Below are positions 54,930 to 64,000 of a stretch of 64,000 nt of DNA, in pieces (the first letter of the stretch is position 1; every line of letters begins with the position of its first letter). Source of the stretch: Patescibacteria group bacterium (GTDB lineage Bacteria; Patescibacteriota; Patescibacteriia; SG8-24); contig JBAYFM010000004.1 in NCBI GenBank assembly GCA_041667185.1, forward strand, positions 9,097-73,096, read 5' to 3'. Position numbers and translations under genes: made by a program. The notes under the pieces were generated by a model that was not told where the DNA came from, searched no databases, and was given only the letters and a program-made list of their open reading frames with translations.

Positions 54930-56480
54930 ATGCGCATCAGTCCCGACAACCTGATCAACCGGATCAAAGCCTATAATCCGCAAGCCGACGTTGACATGGT
55001 CCGGCTGGCTTTCGAATACGCCGAAGCCGCCCACGCCGGCCAGAAACGCCTCTCGAACGAACCCTACATCCTCCATTCGCTCCGCACGGCCGAGATCCTG
55101 GGCGACATGAAGCTGCCCGTGCCGATCGTGATCGCCGGTCTCCTGCATGACGTGCCGGAAGACACCGAAGTCACGCTCGCGGATATCCAGAAGAACTTCG
55201 GCGACGACGTCGCGTCGATGGTCGCCGGCATCACCAAGCTCGGCAAGATCAAGTACCGCGGCATCGACCGCTACGTGGAGAACCTGCGCAAGATGTTCGT
55301 GGCCATGGCTTCGGACGTGCGGGTCATCCTGATCAAATTCGCGGACCGCATCCACAACCTGGAGACCCTCGCCGCCCTGCCGCCGGCCAAGCGCCTGCGG
55401 ATCGCGCTCGAGTCGCTCGAGATCTACTCCCCCATCGCCGGCCGGCTCGGCATGTACCAGATCAAGAGCCGCATCGAGGACCTGGCTTTCAAGCACGCTA
55501 TGCCCAAGGAATACGAGTGGGTCCGCGATCTCACCCAGCGCGCGATCAAGATCAGGAAGAACTACATCGAGAAGATCCGCCTGCTCATGGCCGACGAACT
55601 GAAAAAAGCCAACGTGCCGGTCCTGAGCATCGAGGGCCGGGTCAAGCACCCCTATAGCCTCTACCTCAAGCTGCTCAAATACGACCGCGACATCGCCCGG
55701 ATCCACGATCTCATCGCGCTCCGGATCATCCTGCCGGTCGTCGGCGACTGCTACGCCGCGCTCGGCATCATCCACCAGCTCTGGAAACCGCTCAAAGGAC
55801 GGATCAAGGATTACATCGCCGTCCCGAAACCGAACGGCTACAAGTCGCTGCACACCACCGTCTTCTGCGAGGACGGCGAAATCGTCGAATTCCAGATCCG
55901 CACCCAGCAGATGCACGACGAAGCGGAACGCGGCATCTACGCCCACTGGCAGTATGACGAGGACGGCAAGCGGGCTTCGGCCGCCGTGCGCCGCCAGCTC
56001 GCCTGGGTCCAGGAACTGGCCGGTCTGCAGACGGACGTGGACGGCGAGGACGCCCCGCTCGAGTCCCTCGAATCGCTGAAGATCGACGTCTTCCAGAACC
56101 GCATCTTCGTCTTCACGCCCAGCGGCGACGTCATCGATCTGCCGGAAGGCGCCACGCCGGTCGATTTCGCCTACGCTATCCACTCGCAGATCGGCGACAC
56201 CTGCGTCGGCGCGCGCATCAACGACCAGATCATCAGCCTCGACACCCGACTGTCCTCCGGCGACGTCTGCGAGATCATCACCGACAAGAACCGCAAGAGC
56301 CCGAATCCGGACTGGCTCAGTTTCGTGAAGACCGGCTGCGCCCGGAACCATATCCGCAGCATGGCCAAAACCAAACTGGCCCGCTGGCTCAAAGAGACCA
56401 GCCATGAAAACGAGGCCGAGGAAGCCCACGACCAGTCCAAAAAAACGCCGCCGAAGTCCGCCTCGTCCAAGAACCGCTGA
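54930..56480 (+). CDS. relA: RelA/SpoT family protein (HD, synthetase, TGS)
   Basis: HAGQKRLSNEPYILH; LLHDVPED; KPNGYKSLHT; EFQIRT; TPVDFAYAIHS. Confidence 0.92.
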   Translation: MRISPDNLINRIKAYNPQADVDMVRLAFEYAEAAHAGQKRLSNEPYILHSLRTAEILGDMKLPVPIVIAGLLHDVPEDTEVTLADIQKNFGDDVASMVAGITKLGKIKYRGIDRYVENLRKMFVAMASDVRVILIKFADRIHNLETLAALPPAKRLRIALESLEIYSPIAGRLGMYQIKSRIEDLAFKHAMPKEYEWVRDLTQRAIKIRKNYIEKIRLLMADELKKANVPVLSIEGRVKHPYSLYLKLLKYDRDIARIHDLIALRIILPVVGDCYAALGIIHQLWKPLKGRIKDYIAVPKPNGYKSLHTTVFCEDGEIVEFQIRTQQMHDEAERGIYAHWQYDEDGKRASAAVRRQLAWVQELAGLQTDVDGEDAPLESLESLKIDVFQNRIFVFTPSGDVIDLPEGATPVDFAYAIHSQIGDTCVGARINDQIISLDTRLSSGDVCEIITDKNRKSPNPDWLSFVKTGCARNHIRSMAKTKLARWLKETSHENEAEEAHDQSKKTPPKSASSKNR

Positions 56481-56550
56481 AACTTTTACGCCGCCGATTT
56501 AAAAAATATCCCGCCTGGTTCAGGCGGGATATTTCGTATGTGATCGATCT

Positions 56551-57432
56551 TCAGCGGCGGCCCTGCAACTTTTCCACCAAAGCCTGATATTCCTCTTCGG
56601 AGTAGAAAGACATCATGATCGAACCCTTGGCGCCGCGCTTCTTGATCTCGACCTTGGCCCCCAGGACGTTCCGGATCTGTTCCTCGGCCGCGGCGATCGC
56701 GGGATCCTGGCGCTGGCCGCCGCCGGAACTCTTGCGGACCCCGGCCTCAGCCTCGCGCGTCGTCGTCTTCTTGCCCATGATCTTGCGGAAATACGCCAGA
56801 CGGGCCTTGTCGTCCTTGAGTCCGAGAATGGCGCGGGCATTGCCGGCCGACAGCTCCCCGGTGCCGATGGCTTGCTGGATCTCCGGCGGCAATTCGAGCA
56901 GGCGCAGAGTGTTCGCGACCGTGGACCTGGCCTTGCCGACCTTCTGGGCGATCCCTTCCTGGGTAAGCCCGAATTCCTCGGCCAGCTTGGAATAAGCGAC
57001 CGCCTCTTCGATCGCACTCAGATCCTGGCGCTGGACGTTCTCGATCAGGGCCAATAACAGTTTTTCCCGGGCCGCGGCCGAACGGACGATGACCGGCACG
57101 AAAGGCAGATTGAGGAGTTTGGCCGCGCGCAAACGCCGCTCGCCGGCGATGAGTTCGTAACCGCCGCCGCTCAGGGGCGAAACCACGAGCGGCTGGATGA
57201 TACCGTGCTCGCGGATCGAATTGGTCAGTTCCTCAAGTTCGCGGTGCCGGAAGACCGACCGCGGCTGCTGCGGGTTGGCGACGATCTGCGAGACCGGCAC
57301 ATGCAGGATCTGATTCTCGCCGCGCGGTCCGGACGATGAAGATATGACGGCTGTTTCCGCCGCTGGCCGCTCGATCTTGGGCGGAATCAATGACCCCAAG
57401 CCGCGTCCGAGTCCGGATGATTTCTTGCTCAT
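56551..57432 (-). CDS. parB: ParB/Spo0J
   Basis: GLGRGL; LIAGERRLRA; ALIENVQRQDL. Confidence 0.96.
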   Translation of the reverse strand: MSKKSSGLGRGLGSLIPPKIERPAAETAVISSSSGPRGENQILHVPVSQIVANPQQPRSVFRHRELEELTNSIREHGIIQPLVVSPLSGGGYELIAGERRLRAAKLLNLPFVPVIVRSAAAREKLLLALIENVQRQDLSAIEEAVAYSKLAEEFGLTQEGIAQKVGKARSTVANTLRLLELPPEIQQAIGTGELSAGNARAILGLKDDKARLAYFRKIMGKKTTTREAEAGVRKSSGGGQRQDPAIAAAEEQIRNVLGAKVEIKKRGAKGSIMMSFYSEEEYQALVEKLQGRR

Positions 57433-57439
57433 ACTCTGA

Positions 57440-58210
57440 TCAGATCGAAGACTCTAATTCCAGGACCTCCTGGGCGAGACTTTCATAGGCCTTGGCCCCT
57501 TTGGACCAGGGATCGTAATGCGCGATGGGCTGGCCATAGCTCGGCGCCTCGGCCAGGCGGACGTTGCGCGGGATGACGGAACGGAAAATCTTGTTGGGAA
57601 AAAATTTCTGCAATTCGCCCAGGACATCATTAGCCAGTTTGTTGCGCGGATCGAACATCGTGAGGACCGCGCCCATGACCTCGAGATCCGGACGCAGACT
57701 GTTCCGGACGAGATCGATGGTGCCCAAGAGCTGGCTCAGACCTTCCAGAGCGTAATATTCCGCCTGCACCGGGATCAGCACCCGATCAGCGGCGGTGAGT
57801 CCGTTCACCGTCAGCAAACCCAGGGACGGCGGACAATCGATGATGACGTAATCGTAATCGTTACGCACGGCCAAAAGCGCGTCAGCCAGACGGAATTCGC
57901 GGCGCTCGAGGTCGACGAGTTCGACAGCTGCTCCAGCCAGATTCGCCGTTGACGGCGCCATTTTAAGACCCTCGGTTTTGGTTGGCACGACCACATCCTT
58001 GAACACCGCCGTGCCGATCAAGGCCTCGTAGATCCCGCGCTCCAGCGACCGATGTTCGACGCCCAAACCAGAGGTCGCGTTCGATTGCGGGTCCAGATCC
58101 ACGAGAAGGACGAACTTGCCGCGAAGCGCCAAATAAGCCGCCAGATTGACCGCGGTCGTCGTCTTGCCGACACCACCTTTTTGATTGACCACTGATATGA
58201 TGTAGGCCAT
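57440..58210 (-). CDS. parA: ParA/Soj
   Basis: NQKGGVGKTTT; DLDPQSNAT; IDCPPSLG; RNVRLAEAPSYG. Confidence 0.97.
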   Translation of the reverse strand: MAYIISVVNQKGGVGKTTTAVNLAAYLALRGKFVLLVDLDPQSNATSGLGVEHRSLERGIYEALIGTAVFKDVVVPTKTEGLKMAPSTANLAGAAVELVDLERREFRLADALLAVRNDYDYVIIDCPPSLGLLTVNGLTAADRVLIPVQAEYYALEGLSQLLGTIDLVRNSLRPDLEVMGAVLTMFDPRNKLANDVLGELQKFFPNKIFRSVIPRNVRLAEAPSYGQPIAHYDPWSKGAKAYESLAQEVLELESSI

Positions 58211-58241
58211 AGCGCTATTACTTTACCCGCCAAAAACCATT

Positions 58242-58269
58242 TTGACAATATGGTCCGATATATTATAAT
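58242..58269 (+). promoter_or_regulatory. Sigma70 promoter of tRNA-Leu
   Basis: TTGACA-16-TATAAT. Confidence 0.7.
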
Positions 58270-58306
58270 GGCACAGCCTTAAGCTTGTCGTTTTAGCTTA
58301 AAATAG

Positions 58307-58390
58307 GCCGCGGTGGCGGAATGGCAGACGCACGCGACTCAAAATCGCGCGGGGCAACTCATGAGGGTTCGACTCCCTCCCGCGGCACCA
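58307..58390 (+). tRNA. tRNA-Leu (CAA)
   Basis: GCCGCGG/CCGCGGC acceptor; CGCGA-CT-CAA-AA-TCGCG; long variable arm; CCA. Confidence 0.96.
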
Positions 58391-58444
58391 TCTAAAAATC
58401 GTCTGGGCTTTTACCCAGGCGATTTTTAGCATCCGTGTCTACGA

Positions 58445-58579
58445 GCGGGAGGGAGTCGAAGGGTACGGCGAGGCTTGCCTAGTATGGCAAGCCGAGACGA
58501 CCCGGGCGGCGAAGGAGGCGGCGCACATGAGGACTTTTCCAGCGCCGCCGGGTGAGCCGGACTCCCTCCCGCGGCACCA
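58445..58579 (+). repeat. Hairpin element derived from the tRNA-Leu 3' end
   Basis: 16-nt inverted copy (58445-58460), internal hairpins, and a 20-nt direct copy with CCA (58560-58579). Confidence 0.85.
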
Positions 58580-58765
58580 TCCCCCGTCGCTCGAGACAAG
58601 CTCGAGCTATGGGGGATCGTTTTATAAGAGCACCGAACCAACCCCCTCGAAGCTCGCCGGAAGCGAGCGGAGTGGGGTCCCGCGGCACCATCCCCCGTCG
58701 CTCGAGACAAGCTCGAGCTATGAGGGATCGTTTTATCCGAGTACCAAGCCAGCCCCTCGAAGCTC
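58567..58765 (+). repeat. Tandem duplication (111-bp period) starting with the tRNA-Leu acceptor end
   Basis: tcccgcggcacca-tcccccgtcgctcgagacaagctcgagctatg.. at 58567 and 58678. Confidence 0.85.
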
Positions 58766-58830
58766 CATGCAGCGGAAACGAATCAAGACCGTCTCTCGTG
58801 AACAAAAAAAGAGCCCCTCAGACGAAAGGC

Positions 58831-59316
58831 TCAAGAACCGACGATGGCCGCGAGCAGCGACCTGATCACATCCGTGACGCCGAGATAGATCGACACCCAA
58901 ACTGCGGTCGTGAACAGTGTGGCCAGGAACGAATACATCCAGGCCCGTCTTTCGGCCAAGCCCAGGAATCTGCTGACGACGGCGGCGAATAAAGGCCCGA
59001 AGACCAGCGACGAGACAGTCACCAGCGCGAACGCGCCGCGTTGCCGCACGCGCATCCAGAAACCGCCGGAAAACTTCCTCTCATCGACGGTCAGAAAACG
59101 TTCCAGACACGGAAGCACGACATGCGGTTTGCTCTTCGGCGGCGCGAGAACGATGAAAAACAAGCCGACGAGCGCCATGTAAGCTCCGAAATAGGCCGGA
59201 TAGGCCCACAGTCGGAGACTGTGAACAGTGGCGATGATGAAGCCGGAAACGGCGAAATTCGCAATGATCGCGGCCACAGCCAAAACACCATAAATGATCT
59301 TGAGGGCTGATCTCAT
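58831..59316 (-). CDS. Membrane hypothetical protein
   Basis: Four hydrophobic segments. Confidence 0.65.
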   Translation of the reverse strand: MRSALKIIYGVLAVAAIIANFAVSGFIIATVHSLRLWAYPAYFGAYMALVGLFFIVLAPPKSKPHVVLPCLERFLTVDERKFSGGFWMRVRQRGAFALVTVSSLVFGPLFAAVVSRFLGLAERRAWMYSFLATLFTTAVWVSIYLGVTDVIRSLLAAIVGS

Positions 59317-59475
59317 TATCGTCCCCTGTCTGTAAAGAGCGCTTCTTGCCGGTCATCCTACCCCCTTCCGACAAAACCGCAAGTCAGCGACTGCCCAGAA
59401 CGGCTGATCCGCTATTCGACAAAAAAAGATCCGGCATCCGGATCTCAAACCGCACAGGCCCGCAGCGGACCGCGG

Positions 59476-59982
59476 CTAAAGGATGAGCTTCACGAGAACG
59501 ACGAGCAGCCCCGTCTGAAAAGCGATCCCGGAATACAGCGGGATATCCCGCTCCAGCCGGCGCAGGCGCTTGATCAAAAAATGATGGTTCCGCATGTGAA
59601 ACTGCTCGAATTTTTCCAGACGCCAGGCCAGACCGCGGTTCTTGCGCGGCTTGAAGATCTTCGAAAGGCCCACCAACAAATCGGGCAACAGTCCGCCGAC
59701 GACGCCGAGCGAGACATTGACCGGCGAGAAAAAATCCTGCTGCAAGAAGAAAACAGCGATCAAAACGACCGTCACGACCGCGTCGATGGCCACATACAGC
59801 ACTGGTTTGAACCGCTGGCCGTTGTTGAATCCGTGGTAAAGCTTCTCGTCGCCATGCGGCACCATGTCCAAAAAGAAATGCGAAACCAGGCCCAAAATGA
59901 AGGCCGAGCTGGGATGCCCGACCGCATTTCCGGCTAAAGCTCCGACGGCAGCATGAACGGCTAAAAACATATCTGCGGCCAT
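59476..59982 (-). CDS. Membrane-bound metal-dependent hydrolase-like protein
   Basis: HAAVG..SHFFLDMVPH..LLPD..HMRNH. Confidence 0.65.
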   Translation of the reverse strand: MAADMFLAVHAAVGALAGNAVGHPSSAFILGLVSHFFLDMVPHGDEKLYHGFNNGQRFKPVLYVAIDAVVTVVLIAVFFLQQDFFSPVNVSLGVVGGLLPDLLVGLSKIFKPRKNRGLAWRLEKFEQFHMRNHHFLIKRLRRLERDIPLYSGIAFQTGLLVVLVKLIL

Positions 59983-60152
59983 AATAACAAAACCTGATAT
60001 TTAAGGCAAATTACTGCTTATTAAGCTCAAAAAATTACTCCCTGGCTCGACAAAAACTGCCTGGTTTTTCAGGTATAGGGGGCTTGATTTCCTCAGTTAA
60101 TTATGCTAAGGTTGCCACGAAAAGGAGGATAACCTCAATTTTTAGCCAGAAT

Positions 60153-60374
60153 ATGCGAAAAAAGAAGCACAACGCCGACGAGATCCGTTACTGCCAATCG
60201 CGTCTGCATCGCCAACTCTACGAGTTCGGCGATGGCGAAACTTCTTTCCTGGTCACTGTTGACTGGGAGAATAATCAGCCCCTGCGCATGGTGGTCTGCA
60301 AAGACTGCTACCAGACCAACTTAGGCACGTTGATCAAAGAGATCACTATCGAGAAACAGCGAGTTTTCGCCTAA
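60153..60374 (+). CDS. Small hypothetical protein with possible metal-binding Cys/His
   Basis: CQSRLH..CKDC; terminator immediately downstream. Confidence 0.5.
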   Translation: MRKKKHNADEIRYCQSRLHRQLYEFGDGETSFLVTVDWENNQPLRMVVCKDCYQTNLGTLIKEITIEKQRVFA

Positions 60375-60532
60375 CGAATGAAGACTCCCCCAGGCTCCGG
60401 CCTGGGGGTTTTTCGATCGAGCCGCATCGCCAACAAACGACGAGGCAGAGACAACAAAAAAACCGCCGAGTTGAACTCAGCGGTTTTTGTTATCGATAGC
60501 CCGACCGGATCTGTTCAACGATCCGACGGCGT

Positions 60533-63500
60533 TCAGTGCGACCGACCTCGATGATCTGCAGTGAACCGGTGCGCGGTATAATTTTTGAGGTACACGGAAT
60601 CATCATCGGCATGTACGGTCACTTGGATGAACTTAGTCGCTAACTGGCCAAGACTCACCCGACCGGTAGAAACGCCGGCGTACGCCCCGGTCTCCGGATC
60701 CTGAACGATCGCCAAGTAATCCATCGTCGGTCGTATGCCCAGAACGGACACCCCGGACGAATCGGTCGTCGCGGAGGTGAACGGCGCACAATTGTCATAG
60801 ACCACGCCATAATTGTGCGGATTCGTTCCGATCGCGACCACACAGGCGTCATTCTTGGCGAAGAGCTTCACTGTCGCGCCGACAACAGCTTCTTTTGCGT
60901 CACCCGAATATGACCTATCTTTGAGTGTCTGACGTTGGACAGTCACCTGCACGGCGCTCGGGCAACCCTGCCAGGCAACCCTGCCGGGTGTCACCGGGCA
61001 CGCATCAAACTCATCCTCGGCGCCATCGCCATCATCATCGCTGCCAGCCTCGACGACCGTATTGTGGAGACCAGTGAGCGTGACGACGCTGTTCGCGGCG
61101 TCCACCGCGATAGTCTTGCCTGGCGCATATTCCACGCTCGTACCCGGAGCCGGAATGAGCACGCGCAGAGACGGGAGACAGCCGGTGCCGGTGGAAAACT
61201 CGGCTTCAGGAGAATCATCGACACAGGCGTAATTGCCGGAACCGCGCGGAATCTGAACGGTCTTGGTCTGACCCGGCGGAAGTTGGGCCTCGATCTGGAT
61301 CTTCGGTTTGTTCACGTTGCCGCTCCGGACATCCAGTTCGATGGACGCATTCGGCGAGAGCGGCGTTGTTCCGGCCGGGAACATCACGCCGTAGGAGGCA
61401 CCATTGTTCCCGGTTATCGTGCAAGCGAACGAACCGTCCGGATTCATCACGCAGCTGACCAGCGCCCCGCCGGAAACGGCCACTGGAGGCACGACCGTGG
61501 AGAGCGTCCAATCATAGACCGCGGGCGTCGAATCGGTATTACCGGCGAGATCCGTCGCGCGAACAGCGAAACTGTGCGCGCCGTCCGCCAGACCGACATA
61601 AGAAACACCGCTGACGCAGGCCGCATACGCCCCGCCATCAAGACTGCACTCGAAAGCGCTCGGTGTCTCGCTGGAAACGAACTGAAACACGACAGTGGAG
61701 GCCGACGAGGGCGGAGTCGCGGTGATCGTCGTCTCCGGAGCCATGGTATCGCGGATGACCGCGACCGAGTCCGAACCGATGCCGCCGCCATTGGCAGCCG
61801 ATCGAGTAATGACATTCTCACCCTCGATCAACAGCTGTTCGGTCAACTCCGATGTCTGAACGACGCCATTCACGGTCCAGGCGACCGAGATCGTTGTCTG
61901 GTTCGTAAGCAAGCCGTCAGCCGGCTCTGTGATCACGACAGTCGGCGGCAGCGTCCGGCACAGGTTCATATCATAGGCAACCGTAACATAATCCTGCTCG
62001 CCGCCGATGCGACCGAAGCCGGCAACCACGATATTTCCATCATTCCGGATAACGACCGCATACGCCCGATCATCGCCAGCGGCGACATCCGTCATTACTT
62101 TACCATCATCGCTGAACGAGAGATCAAGCGTACCGTTGGCGTTATAGATCGCGAGGGCGACATCGTTGCTGGCACCGTTGTAAACATAACCAGCGACCAC
62201 AATCTTGCCGTCAAGCCGCACCGCGACCGCTCGCGCTTGTTCGTTACCAGTTCCCGTCCCCATGGTCGTGACGGTCCAGCCATTATTCCCAAAAGAGAGG
62301 TCAAGCGAACCGTCGGCGTTGTAGCGCGCGAGGCCAAAACCGCTGTAATTTCCCAGATAAGCGCCGCCAACGGCGATGATCTTACCATCAGGCTGAACCG
62401 CCACGGCGTAGGCGTCATCGCTTCCGAAATAACCCGTGCCGAGATTCGTCATGACGATACCGGCTTTCCCGTCCAGATCAGCGCCGCTGCCGAACGAGGC
62501 GTCGAGCGAGCCGTCGGCGTTGTAGCGCGCGAGGGCGAAATAATCAGCCATGTATCCTTGCGTGAAGCCCGCAGCAACGATCTTCCCATCAGGCTGGATC
62601 GTCACGGCATACGCGCCGTCGCTGTAATTCGTCCAGGCGGTGGTGCCGACATCAGTTATCACTTTGCCGTCGCCATCGAACGAGGCATCGAGCGAGCCGT
62701 CGGCGTTGTAGCGCGCGAGAGCGAAATCCTGGCCAAGATTATTTGCCACGGCACCCGCAACCACGATCTTGCCATCGGCTTGAATCGCAACAGCATACCC
62801 GCGATCAACATTCGCGACCATATCCGTGGTCACTTTACCGTCGCCGTCGAACGTAGTATCGAGCGAGCCGTCGGCGTTATAGCGGACCACGGCAAAATCA
62901 TGACCAATATCGGAATAAGCAGTGCCTGCGGCCACGATCTTCCCATCGGCTTGGATCGCAACGCTATTCGCCTGCGCCTGCCGACTGCTCCCCACTGGCG
63001 TGACCACCTGGCCACCGACGCCGAACGTGGTATCGAGCGAGCCGTCGGCATTCTGCCGGGCGACGGCGAAATGCCGCACGCCGGCAAACTCCACGCTCCC
63101 TGCAAGGACCGTCTTGCCATCAGGCTGCAAAGCGATCGCGTTCGCCTGGGCCACGCCATGTCCGACCGACGTGGTCACTTTGCCATCGCCGTCGAACGAG
63201 GCGTCGAGCGAGCCGTCGGCGTTGTAGCGCGCGAGAGCGAAATTCTCGGCCGCATTGGTGGTAGTGATCATGGCATAGCCAACCAGGATGATCTTGTCGG
63301 CGCCCCAGGATACGATCGCGCGACCCTGCTCCCCTGCCGTGCCGATACCCGTGGTCAATATGCCATCGCCATCGAACGAGGCATCGAGCGAGCCGTCGGC
63401 GTTGTAGCGCGCGAGGGCAAAATCATAGGTCGTGGTGCTGTTCACGTAGGCCGAACCGCCCGCGATGATCTTGCCGTCGGTCTGGATCATGATCGAGTAA

Positions 63501-64000
63501 GCCTGCGCCGACAGACTGATCGCTGTGGTCAGCTTGCCATCGCCATCGAACGCAGTATCAAGCGAGCCGTCGGCGTTGTAGCGCGCGAGGGCGAACATGT
63601 ATGAGCCATTGGCCCCGAAATACGCGGAACCGCCCGCGATTATCTTGCCGTCGGCTTGTACGGCCACGGAGTTGACCGCATCATAATTGGTCCCGAAATC
63701 CAGGGTCGCTTTGCCATCGCCATCGAACGCAGTATCAAGCGAGCCGTCGGCGTTGTAGCGGACCAGGGCGAAATCGGAATTACCGCTCAGCGTGGAGTTG
63801 CCAGCGACGACGATCGCACCGTCAGGTTGGATGGCCAAAGAATTGGCCCGATCAGTGCCGCCGAGATCCGTGATCGCCTTGCCGCCGACGCCGAACGTGG
63901 TGTCGAGCGAGCCGTCGGCGTTGTAGCGGACCAGGGCGAAATCCTCAGTGCTGCCGATCATGGCGCGGCCGGCGACCACGATCTTCCCGTCGACCTGTAC
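60533..64000 (-). CDS. Delta-60 repeat beta-propeller surface protein with Ig-like C-terminal domains (5' end outside the window)
   Basis: About 12 repeats of QPDGKIVVAG..FALARYNADGSLD.SF.GDG; DTMAPETTIT/FECSLDG domain. Confidence 0.88.
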   Translation of the reverse strand, partial: VQVDGKIVVAGRAMIGSTEDFALVRYNADGSLDTTFGVGGKAITDLGGTDRANSLAIQPDGAIVVAGNSTLSGNSDFALVRYNADGSLDTAFDGDGKATLDFGTNYDAVNSVAVQADGKIIAGGSAYFGANGSYMFALARYNADGSLDTAFDGDGKLTTAISLSAQAYSIMIQTDGKIIAGGSAYVNSTTTYDFALARYNADGSLDASFDGDGILTTGIGTAGEQGRAIVSWGADKIILVGYAMITTTNAAENFALARYNADGSLDASFDGDGKVTTSVGHGVAQANAIALQPDGKTVLAGSVEFAGVRHFAVARQNADGSLDTTFGVGGQVVTPVGSSRQAQANSVAIQADGKIVAAGTAYSDIGHDFAVVRYNADGSLDTTFDGDGKVTTDMVANVDRGYAVAIQADGKIVVAGAVANNLGQDFALARYNADGSLDASFDGDGKVITDVGTTAWTNYSDGAYAVTIQPDGKIVAAGFTQGYMADYFALARYNADGSLDASFGSGADLDGKAGIVMTNLGTGYFGSDDAYAVAVQPDGKIIAVGGAYLGNYSGFGLARYNADGSLDLSFGNNGWTVTTMGTGTGNEQARAVAVRLDGKIVVAGYVYNGASNDVALAIYNANGTLDLSFSDDGKVMTDVAAGDDRAYAVVIRNDGNIVVAGFGRIGGEQDYVTVAYDMNLCRTLPPTVVITEPADGLLTNQTTISVAWTVNGVVQTSELTEQLLIEGENVITRSAANGGGIGSDSVAVIRDTMAPETTITATPPSSASTVVFQFVSSETPSAFECSLDGGAYAACVSGVSYVGLADGAHSFAVRATDLAGNTDSTPAVYDWTLSTVVPPVAVSGGALVSCVMNPDGSFACTITGNNGASYGVMFPAGTTPLSPNASIELDVRSGNVNKPKIQIEAQLPPGQTKTVQIPRGSGNYACVDDSPEAEFSTGTGCLPSLRVLIPAPGTSVEYAPGKTIAVDAANSVVTLTGLHNTVVEAGSDDDGDGAEDEFDACPVTPGRVAWQGCPSAVQVTVQRQTLKDRSYSGDAKEAVVGATVKLFAKNDACVVAIGTNPHNYGVVYDNCAPFTSATTDSSGVSVLGIRPTMDYLAIVQDPETGAYAGVSTGRVSLGQLATKFIQVTVHADDDSVYLKNYTAHRFTADHRGRSH

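Noticed and set aside
60935-63604. 889-aa plus-strand ORF
   Set aside because: Antisense shadow of the Delta-60 repeat gene.

Overview
GC-rich bacterial chromosome segment. The gene content (DUF5667/ECF pair, CPR-type pilin N-termini on giant Cys-rich proteins, long tmRNA tag, compact housekeeping operons) suggests Patescibacteria/CPR, possibly Uhrbacteria-like; this is an inference. Core genes: smpB, tmRNA, infC-rpmI-rplT, ppsA, pyk, ftsZ, ftsA, dgkA, ybeY, yqeY, rpsU, hisS, lepB, an LCP protein, der, pth, dprA, topA, relA/spoT, parAB, and tRNA-Asp/Val/Leu. A 16 kb surface-protein cluster includes a 3879-aa pilin-anchored protein. The most striking signal is that all four stable-RNA genes carry hairpin elements, and three of them have elements built from their own sequence. 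tRNA-Asp has four pseudo-copies whose anticodon arm is replaced by the same perfect 18-nt palindrome, and two of these bracket a small GIY-YIG nuclease. tmRNA and tRNA-Leu each have a downstream element of the form inverted 3' end / internal palindrome / direct 3' end with CCA; the tmRNA one lies next to a second GIY-YIG gene. Other notable items are a circularly permuted C-type lectin domain, a poly-T promoter spacer, a catalytically dead HtrA, two structured 5' leaders and dispersed 7/8-mer repeat families. All calls come from reading the sequence by eye; no searches were run.
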